Source of the DNA: Dehalococcoidia bacterium
Lineage (GTDB): Bacteria; Chloroflexota; Dehalococcoidia; Lucifugimonadales; UBA1123
Assembly (NCBI GenBank): GCA_965214185.1
Contig: CBDCBF010000002.1
Location: 2,796 to 34,795, forward strand
Reading direction: 5' to 3'
Length of the DNA: 32,000 nucleotides
The translations under genes were made by a program, and so were the position numbers. Positions 24,242 to 31,359 of the stretch are shown here, piece by piece. Each line of letters begins with the position of its first letter. The stretch's first letter is position 1. A model generated the notes under the pieces. The model made no database searches and had not been told where the DNA came from. It was given only the letters and a program-made list of their open reading frames with translations.

Positions 24242-25788
24242 GTGTCCGGGGAAATACTAATAGGAATCGCCGCATTCGCTCCGCTGCCGCTCATTGCGCT
24301 CAGAGCGGCGTTTGCCGCCCCAAACAGTCAGGAAGAATCCACTACGCTCGACTTTCTGATAGCCGTTATCGAAGACGCGGACGACAAGGGATTGTTCCCC
24401 GACGCCCTCAGCGCGGCCTTGTCCGACTGGTTCATAGAAAACCTCATCGCCCCCGACACCGGTGAAACCCCCGCGCAGGTGCGAGAACGACTGACCACGA
24501 CCCCCGTGTTAGCAGTGGTTGATGCGCCCGCGGTCAGCGACGAATTCGGAATAATCAACATTGCTATCACCGACGTGCCTCCCGGAGTCGGGCTTGGGTC
24601 GGCTCGGCTGACCGACTCGATGCACTACTGGGGCGTCGGCGAGGTCACGATGAAGTTCGTCGCGCCCGGAGTGGTCGCGCCGATGCTGGCTTCCGAATGG
24701 GAACTGGATCTGGATATGGGCAGTCCGGTGGGCGCCACGCTCAAGATCCGCGATGATGTGATATTCCACGGCGAGGGGCTTGGCGACCGCAGCAACAACG
24801 GCGGAAGCTGGGGAACGATGACGGCTGAGGATATCGCGTTCACCATCAACGACGGAAACGGCGCTGTCAACACCGCCAGCATTCACTGGCAGGCCGGCGA
24901 CTTCGCCACCGTGCTGGGCGATAATGAAGCGGTGGCGGTTGACGCCAACACACTGAGCATAACGTTCGCTACGGACGCGGCGGGCAATACTCTGTATGAC
25001 CCGCGCTGGAACGCGAACCTGTTCAATGACGCCGCTCAGGCGTTCAGCGTCCAGAGCCATTCTGAACCGCTACAACACCGTCGGCGAGACGCAGAGATGA
25101 AGGATACCAACTTCATCGGAACCGGTCCTCTTCATGTGGTGGAGTGGATACAGGACGACACCGCCATTCTGGAAGCGGTCCCCTATGACCACTGATGAAC
25201 GGCATCGCGCGAACAGCAGCGAACAACCCGTGGACAGATCCTGACCGTGCAAGGGAGTTGCTTGCCGAAGCGGGCTATCCGAAGGGTTTCGAGATGCCGC
25301 TGTACGCTCCGAATCCCGGCGGATACCAGGAGCTGGCAGACGCTATAGCCGGATACTGGGAAGAGATTGGCGTAAGAACAGCAGTGCAGAAGTATGCTTA
25401 CTCGGTGTATCGGCCGACTATCGTGGCTCGCGCGACGACGCTTCCGTGGGTGACCGAGTGCGACGACGGCAAGAGCACCTGGCCTTGGGAGTGGCCGAAG
25501 TCGGCTGACCACACGTCTCTGACGCGCGGCGGCTTCGGTTGCGGCCTTGAGATCAAGAAGGCGGCTGACACGTGGGTCGCCGTGGCTGCCGAGTCGGACC
25601 CGGCGAAGCAGATCGAGCTGAACAACGAGCTTGCGGACTACCTGTTTGAACACGCGGTGAGCTTCGGCGTGGTTGGAGTTCCGGCTCCCATCACATACAA
25701 CCCGAACAAGATAGCCGAGTGGCCGATGGACCCCGCGCTGTTCTCCGAGTGGAACAACCCTGAGGACATTGTGCCGGTAGGCAGATAG
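24242..25788 (+). pseudogene. ABC transporter substrate-binding protein, family 5 (peptide/nickel type), split and internally deleted
   Basis: The fragments are 24242..25195 and 25195..25788, in different frames. A GTG start follows a GGGAGGAG Shine-Dalgarno sequence at a 6-nt spacing. The N-lobe carries PMLASEWELD...TLKIRDDVIFH...TAEDIAFTIND...FIGTGPLHVVEW...AVPYDH. The second fragment begins at the ...DPDRARELLAEAGYPKGFE motif. The roughly 100 aa that normally lie between these motifs are missing. No permease or ATPase genes are adjacent. Confidence 0.65.
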
Positions 25789-25852
25789 CGAAAGAGAACG
25801 GCGGGCGGCCTTTAAGCCTTCGGACGCAGGCCTGCCCACCGCGTTTCGTTCG

Positions 25853-25882
25853 TTGTAAATGCTTAATGGGCAAGAGTATAAT
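25853..25882 (+). promoter_or_regulatory. sigma70-type promoter for pdxST: -35 TTGTAA, 18-bp spacer, -10 TATAAT
   Basis: TTGTAA lies at 25853-25858 and TATAAT at 25877-25882, about 50 nt upstream of the pdxS ATG. The ATG has a GGAGG Shine-Dalgarno sequence at 25921-25925. Confidence 0.5.
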
Positions 25883-25931
25883 ACGCTTTATAGCTTCAGA
25901 TAGAAATTTCATTTGAGGACGGAGGCTCTCA

Positions 25932-26039
25932 ATGGCAATTGATACCAGAACAGAGACCGGAACTTGGGCGCATGAACCGCCTCGAACAGAGCGCGAACAC
26001 CATATGGCAACTGACACTAGAATCGAGACCGGAACTTGG
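25932..26039 (+). repeat. 36-bp duplication of the pdxS start (period 72 bp; possibly 3 x 36 bp with a degenerate middle unit)
   Basis: atggcaattgataccagaacagagaccggaacttgg at 25932-25967 matches atggcaactgacactagaatcgagaccggaacttgg at 26004-26039 at 31 of 36 positions. The middle 36 nt share the core gaacagag. Confidence 0.85.
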
Positions 26040-26903
26040 AGAGTCAAGGCGGGTTTTGCCCAGCAGCTCAAAGGCGGAGTCATCATGGATGTTGTAACCG
26101 CTGAGCAGGCGCGCATTGCCGAGAACGCGGGCGCGGTGGCCGTCATGGCCCTTGAGCGCGTCCCAGCGGACATTCGCAAGGCAGGCGGCGTAGCCCGTAT
26201 GTCCGATCCGTCCAAAGTGGCCGAAATAGTTGACGCCGTGACAATTCCTGTTATGGCGAAGGCCCGAATCGGACACTTCGTCGAAGCCCAGGTGCTCGAA
26301 GCGCTGGGCGTGGACTACGTTGACGAGTCCGAGGTGCTGACCCCCGCCGACGAGAACAACCACATCAACAAACATGACTTCAAAGTCCCCTTCGTTTGCG
26401 GCGCGAGAGACCTAGGCGAAGCCCTTCGCAGAATTGGCGAGGGCGCCGCGATGATACGCACCAAGGGCGAAGCCGGATCCGGCAACATCGTTGAGGCCGT
26501 CCGACACGCGCGCAGAGTGCTGGGCGAGATACGCCGCATCCAAAACATGGACGAAGACGAGCTTATGGCCACCGCGCGAGACCTCCGCGCTCCCTACGAA
26601 CTGGTCAAAGAAGTGCGCGAGATGGGTACTCTGCCCGTCGTGAACTTCGCCGCAGGCGGCGTCTCCACGCCGGCCGACGCCGCGCTCATGATGCAGCTCG
26701 GAGTGGACGGCATATTCGTCGGCTCAGGCATATTCAAGTCCGAACGCCCCGACCTTATGGCCGACGCGATAGTGAAGGCCACCACCCACTACCAGAACCC
26801 AATGATGATAGCGGATGTGTCCAAGGGTCTCGGCGACCCGATGGCCGGCCTGAACGTAGCGGATATGCCGGAGTCGGAACGACTGGCTACCAGAGGCTGG
26901 TAA
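25932..26903 (+). CDS. pdxS: pyridoxal 5'-phosphate synthase, synthase subunit PdxS, with a 24-aa N-terminal extension
   Basis: The ORF carries [46 protein letters not shown]. An internal ATG at 26004 would give a canonical-length 299-aa protein. The Shine-Dalgarno sequence, however, precedes the ATG at 25932. Confidence 0.95.
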   Translation: MAIDTRTETGTWAHEPPRTEREHHMATDTRIETGTWRVKAGFAQQLKGGVIMDVVTAEQARIAENAGAVAVMALERVPADIRKAGGVARMSDPSKVAEIVDAVTIPVMAKARIGHFVEAQVLEALGVDYVDESEVLTPADENNHINKHDFKVPFVCGARDLGEALRRIGEGAAMIRTKGEAGSGNIVEAVRHARRVLGEIRRIQNMDEDELMATARDLRAPYELVKEVREMGTLPVVNFAAGGVSTPADAALMMQLGVDGIFVGSGIFKSERPDLMADAIVKATTHYQNPMMIADVSKGLGDPMAGLNVADMPESERLATRGW

Positions 26904-26905
26904 AA

Positions 26906-27493
26906 ATGACGACGATAGGCGTACTCGCCATTCAGGGCGATTTCGCGGAACATCGAGCCGCGCTCGAAAAGCTCGGAGTCGAGGTGCGCGAAATTCGCCT
27001 GCCCGACCAGCTCGACCACGTTGACGGCCTCATAATCCCGGGCGGCGAGAGCACCACCATCGTCCAGCTGATAGACATCTACGAGATGCGCGACAAACTA
27101 CGAGAGCGCATCTCCTCCGACAAGATGCCCGCGTGGGGAACCTGCGCCGGCATGATAGTCATGGCAGGCGAACTGACCGACCACCGTCCGCAGCCTCTGG
27201 GGCTTATGGACACCAACGTCAGCCGCAACGCCTTCGGAAGACAGGTGGACAGCTTCGAGACCGACCTTGAAGTCGCCGGAATGGAGGGACCCGCATACCG
27301 GGCTGTCTTCATCCGCGCGCCGGTATTCAACTCGGTCGGCGAAGACGTGGAAGTGCTGTCCAGACTGCGGGACGGCAGGCCCGTAGCGGTGCGCGAAGGG
27401 CATATGCTGGCGACCGCGTTTCATCCCGAGCTAACCGACGACGCCCGGATGCACAAGCTGTTCGTCGGCATGGTCGAAGAGAGTAAGCGGTGA
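26906..27493 (+). CDS. pdxT: pyridoxal 5'-phosphate synthase, glutaminase subunit PdxT
   Basis: A 195-aa ORF with VLAIQGDFAEH, IIPGGESTT, the nucleophile motif WGTCAGMI, and FHPELT. It starts 2 nt after the pdxS stop. Confidence 0.95.
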   Translation: MTTIGVLAIQGDFAEHRAALEKLGVEVREIRLPDQLDHVDGLIIPGGESTTIVQLIDIYEMRDKLRERISSDKMPAWGTCAGMIVMAGELTDHRPQPLGLMDTNVSRNAFGRQVDSFETDLEVAGMEGPAYRAVFIRAPVFNSVGEDVEVLSRLRDGRPVAVREGHMLATAFHPELTDDARMHKLFVGMVEESKR

Positions 27494-27909
27494 CGCCCGT
27501 GCGCGAACATTCCGGAATCATCCGCTGGCTAATCCGCCAGAGGATGACGAAGTTTGTAAGAAACGTGAGGATATTGCAGATATAGCCCTCAAATCCATAG
27601 CCGGCCGAGGGATTGGCGACACGGAATGCACAAGACGTCTTTCCCTCGGTCAACCGCATGGTCGAAAAGACAGGCAGTCCGAAATCAGCCTGATGTTCGC
27701 CGCCGCCTATACCTTGCGCGCCAACTTCGGCAAGAATCGGGTTGCCCACAACATAGTTGGGGATAACCGCTGTGAAGGCTGCCTACGGCAATCCTCAAAC
27801 CGCTTCACGCCCAATCTGAGGCCGAACAAAGTACAGAGGATAGGGTCGAATCTAATACCCGGATGATGGAGGCTGGCTCACGAGCCTCGGAAACAATAGC
27901 CACTTCGAC

Positions 27910-29064
27910 GTGAGAAGATTCGAGACGCTGGACATTGTCCGGTGCTTCGCCGTGGGCATTGACAGGCTGCCCAACCTCGCGGCAACTTCCACCGACCTAT
28001 TCCGACATCAGCCCTTCTACACCTTCATCCCCGTCGCTTTCCGACTGCGTGTCATGCCCTACTCCAAAGAGCGCTCGCTGGCTCTTGTGAAGGCGGGGCG
28101 CGTCCGCGCGATAGCCGCGCTTCGCCCGAGGTCCGGGATCAGAAGCTGGGAGGTCTCGCGCCTATACGCGGGCGAGGATTCGGGCGAGGCGCTCGCAGGC
28201 CTGCTGGAAAAGGCCGCCATCGAGTCGGCGTATGCGGGAGCGGAGCGAGTATTTCTCAGATTGGACGCCGACAGCGACGTGATTCGGCTTGCAAGGCGCG
28301 CCGGGTTCTTTCCCTGCTTCCGCGAGACGCTGTATCGTGGACGAGCCTCCGTCGCCGAGTCGTCGAAAGGATTGTTCGACGCTGACTCGCATTCGGTAAA
28401 ACGCCGGGCGGAACATGACCACGCTCTTTTCCGCATATACAACTCCGCGACTCCTCTGAAGGCGCGCCAACTCATGGGCATGACGCTGGAACAGTGGAAG
28501 GACTCGCGCGAACCATCGGTCGGACGCTCCAACGAGCGGGCGCTGAAACTGGACGGCTCCGTGATAGGCTGGCTGAGAACGACGACCAAGGCAGGCGTGG
28601 GACGAATAGAGCTTATGTTGCGTCCTGACTATTCCGCCTTAACTCCGGATATAGTTGACTCCGCGCTGGGGTCTCTTGTCAATGCGAGGAGCGTAGTTGC
28701 CGTTGTGCAGGACTATGTATCACTGCTGGGCGGCGCGCTGGAGGAGCGCGGATTCAGGGCGGAGAGGGAATCCATAGTCTTGGTAAAGTCGGTCGCCCGG
28801 ATGGCGCGGCAACCGGCCGCGATTAGAGACCGTGCCGTCCCTGCCAGAGGCGTCGTTCGATATGTTCGGCGACCGACTCTACTAGAGTGTCTGCGACTGG
28901 GCCAAGCAGCCGGGCGCGGAGTCCACGGGGCGGGCGCAGATAGACCGGACGCTTGGGAGCGTCCGCGGCCTTGGCTGCTAGTTCCAGGGCGCGGTCGAGG
29001 TCGCCTAGTTCGTCCACGAGTCCGGCTTCCACGCCGCGCGGGGCAAGGTATATCTCGCCGGTAG
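27910..29064 (+). CDS. hypothetical protein with two GNAT-like (acyl-CoA N-acyltransferase fold) halves; 3' end uncertain
   Basis: The ORF has a GTG start. The first half ends ...AERVFLRLDADSDVIRLARRAGFFPCFRETLY. The second half ends ...VVAVVQDYVSLLGGALEERGFRAERESIVLVKSV. The last ~80 codons are Arg/Pro/Gly-rich and lie antisense to sppA, so the true C-terminus may be near 28820. Confidence 0.5.
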   Translation: MRRFETLDIVRCFAVGIDRLPNLAATSTDLFRHQPFYTFIPVAFRLRVMPYSKERSLALVKAGRVRAIAALRPRSGIRSWEVSRLYAGEDSGEALAGLLEKAAIESAYAGAERVFLRLDADSDVIRLARRAGFFPCFRETLYRGRASVAESSKGLFDADSHSVKRRAEHDHALFRIYNSATPLKARQLMGMTLEQWKDSREPSVGRSNERALKLDGSVIGWLRTTTKAGVGRIELMLRPDYSALTPDIVDSALGSLVNARSVVAVVQDYVSLLGGALEERGFRAERESIVLVKSVARMARQPAAIRDRAVPARGVVRYVRRPTLLECLRLGQAAGRGVHGAGADRPDAWERPRPWLLVPGRGRGRLVRPRVRLPRRAGQGISRR

Positions 29065-29614
29065 CCAACTCCCGGACGCGGTCTTCATCAAGCCCACGGC
29101 TTTCGGAAACTATCTTGACGAACGAGTCGTAGCTGTCGTCTATCAGTTCCTGGATCTTTTCGTCTTCCTCGGTAGTCATCTCGCGCCAGGGAGCTCCGAG
29201 GTCCTTGAACTTGCCGCTCTTGTTGACGTTGACTCCTATGCCCGCGCGCTCCAAGAGCTGTTCGAGGGCGGGACGGATTGAGATTACGCCGATGGAGCCG
29301 ACTACTGCGCCCGGGGCCGCGACGATTCTGTGGGCGGCGCAGGCTATCATGTAAGCGCCGGACGCGCCGACTCCACGGATGCAGGCTACGACGGGCTTGC
29401 GTCCGGCAATGCGCTTGGCGGCGCGGTATATATAGTCTGAGGGAGAGGCGGAGCCGCCGCCGGAGTCTATATCCAGGACAAGCGCGCGATAACTGGGTTC
29501 TTCGCGTACACGTTCCAGGATTCTCTCTATCTCCGGGGACTTGACGCTGGCGCCGATTGTGCCGTGAATCTCCACGACGGCTATCTTGCTTCTCTTCGCT
29601 ATTATGATTGCCAT
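28823..29614 (-). CDS. sppA: signal peptide peptidase SppA, 36K type (peptidase S49)
   Basis: A 263-aa ORF with VLDIDSGGGSASPSD and GASGAYMIACAAHRIVAAPGAVVGSIGV. A strong GGGAGGG Shine-Dalgarno sequence lies upstream of the ATG at 29614. Confidence 0.85.
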   Translation of the reverse strand: MAIIIAKRSKIAVVEIHGTIGASVKSPEIERILERVREEPSYRALVLDIDSGGGSASPSDYIYRAAKRIAGRKPVVACIRGVGASGAYMIACAAHRIVAAPGAVVGSIGVISIRPALEQLLERAGIGVNVNKSGKFKDLGAPWREMTTEEDEKIQELIDDSYDSFVKIVSESRGLDEDRVRELATGEIYLAPRGVEAGLVDELGDLDRALELAAKAADAPKRPVYLRPPRGLRARLLGPVADTLVESVAEHIERRLWQGRHGL

Positions 29615-29652
29615 GTATCCCTCCCGGCCCAGCGGACGCGTAAAAACCTAAT

Positions 29653-31287
29653 CTATCCTGACATGTGAACGCTATCCCCCCGCATCGCGGGGTTCCAGCC
29701 CGGGCTGATGACGTTCCATGGAAGCGCTCCGCAACGTTCGGCCCATTGAGTATATAGGTTTTCCAGTTCGCGCGCCTTGCCGGTGTTCTTGCTATATAGG
29801 TCGTCAAGCTCGGTGCGGTCCCGCTCCATGTCGTAGAGTTCCCACTTGCCTCCTATGGCGGAGACGAGCTTCCATTGGCCTTGGCGCACCGCTCTGCTAC
29901 CCTCATGTTCCCAGAATATGGGTTGTTCGCGGCTCCAGCGGCGGTTGTCTATGGCGGGAAGCATACTCTCGCCCTCAAGGGGAATGGTGGGTTGTCCGGC
30001 GCGCTCGGGCAGATGGCCGGCCGAGGCAGCGTCTAGGCAGGTCGGCATTATGTCTATGAGGTGGGCGGGGGAATGTACGATTCCCGGCTCGGTTATTCTA
30101 TCAGGCCAATTTATTATGAATGGCATAGATATGCCGCCTTCGTGTGTCCAGCGCTTGAAGCGGCGAAATGGCGTGTTGGACGCGTTGGCCCAGGGTAGAT
30201 CGTAGCTCATGAATGTCTGTGGGCCGCCGGGTCGGAGTCCGGGGATGTTGCCTATGTGTACGGGGGTTCCGTCGGGGTTGGGGCCACTGTATCTGGCGGG
30301 TTGGGGAAGACTGCCGTCTTCGGCCAGAAACTCGGCGCACCCGCCGTTGTCGGATAGGAACATTATTAGCGTGTTGCCGTCCATGTTTCTGGAGCGCAGG
30401 GCGGCTAGTATTCTGCCGACGCCTTGGTCGAGTCTGTCTATCTGCGCGGCGTAAACCGCCATGCGGATGTCTTCCCAATCGGGGTTAGGGGCTTCATCCC
30501 AAGGGCGACTATCGCCGTCTCGCGGGGAGATTTCCCACTTTTCGTCCAGGATGCCCATGCTTTTGAGTTCTTCGTGCCTACCGGTTCGGAGATAGTCCCA
30601 GCCGCGGCGGTATTGTCCTTCGTATCGCGCTATGTCCTCTTCCAGCGCGTGGAGCGGCCAGTGAGGGGCGGTATAGGCGACGTACATGAAGAACGGAGCG
30701 TCGCGGTCGGCGGCCTCTCCTATCATGTTCACGGCGTTGTCGCTGATGGCGTCGGTGAGGTAGAAGTCGTCCATGTCGAGAGGAACGAGCGAGTCCTGGT
30801 CCATGAGAGTTTTGGGGAAGTAGAAGTTGCCCGCGCCGGTGAGGATGCCGTAATAGCGGTCGAAGCCGCGTTGGGTTGGGATGGGGTGGTCAGGGGCGCC
30901 GGGTGTCCAGCTGTCCGGGTCGGCGAGGTTGTAGTCGCCGCCGACGTGCCATTTGCCGGACATATAGGTTGAGTAGCCGGACGCTTTCAACGCTTCGGCG
31001 ATGGTGACGCAGTTTTCGCGGAGGTATCCCTGGTATTCTGGGACGCCGAGATTGGCGACCATGTGGCCGACCCCCGCTTGGTGGGGGTTGAGTCCGGTGA
31101 GAAGCGCGGCGCGGGAGGGGCAACAGCGCGCGGAGTTGTACATTTGTGAGAATCTGAGTCCGCCGTATCCGAGCGAGTCGAGGTTTGGGGTACGGATTTC
31201 GGAGCCGAAACAGCCTATGTCGGAGTAGCCCATGTCGTCAGCTAGTATGACTATGATGTTGGGTCGCCGCGTATCGTTGTCAGGCAT
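29653..31287 (-). CDS. arylsulfatase (formylglycine-dependent sulfatase family)
   Basis: A 544-aa ORF with NIIVILADDMGYSD and the C-x-P-x-R maturation motif SARCCPSRAALLTGL. I see no N-terminal signal peptide. Confidence 0.9.
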   Translation of the reverse strand: MPDNDTRRPNIIVILADDMGYSDIGCFGSEIRTPNLDSLGYGGLRFSQMYNSARCCPSRAALLTGLNPHQAGVGHMVANLGVPEYQGYLRENCVTIAEALKASGYSTYMSGKWHVGGDYNLADPDSWTPGAPDHPIPTQRGFDRYYGILTGAGNFYFPKTLMDQDSLVPLDMDDFYLTDAISDNAVNMIGEAADRDAPFFMYVAYTAPHWPLHALEEDIARYEGQYRRGWDYLRTGRHEELKSMGILDEKWEISPRDGDSRPWDEAPNPDWEDIRMAVYAAQIDRLDQGVGRILAALRSRNMDGNTLIMFLSDNGGCAEFLAEDGSLPQPARYSGPNPDGTPVHIGNIPGLRPGGPQTFMSYDLPWANASNTPFRRFKRWTHEGGISMPFIINWPDRITEPGIVHSPAHLIDIMPTCLDAASAGHLPERAGQPTIPLEGESMLPAIDNRRWSREQPIFWEHEGSRAVRQGQWKLVSAIGGKWELYDMERDRTELDDLYSKNTGKARELENLYTQWAERCGALPWNVISPGWNPAMRGDSVHMSG

Positions 31288-31311
31288 AGAGTCTTCTCCG
31301 TGAACAAGATG

Positions 31312-31339
31312 GTCGGCGGGGTCGAGTCTGTCCGCCGAC
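31312..31339 (-). terminator. GC-rich hairpin between the DUF3179-like gene and the sulfatase gene (weak terminator/attenuator candidate)
   Basis: An 8-bp perfect stem (GTCGGCGG / CCGCCGAC) encloses a 12-nt loop, starting 20 nt after the upstream stop. The minus-strand tail CAUCUUGUU is only moderately U-rich. Confidence 0.3.
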
Positions 31340-31359
31340 TATTATCCTACCTTATCTTG

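Noticed and set aside
23951-24294. Two overlapping minus-strand ORFs (81 and 84 aa) in the AT-rich spacer
   Set aside because: They have no Shine-Dalgarno sequence and odd Cys/Trp/Ser-rich composition. They overlap each other and the SD/start of the downstream plus-strand gene, so they are probably chance ORFs.
25799-25840. GC-rich imperfect inverted repeat after the SBP remnant (ggcgggcggcc ... ggcctgcccacc)
   Set aside because: The stem contains a mismatch and a bulge, and the downstream T-content (gcgtttcgttcgttg) is interrupted. It is possible but not well enough supported to list as a terminator.
27327-27749. 140-aa minus-strand ORF called in the track
   Set aside because: Its 3' 170 nt are antisense to pdxT. 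It has only a GTG start without a Shine-Dalgarno sequence, and I recognise no family. It is reported only as a possible gene relic, not as a CDS.
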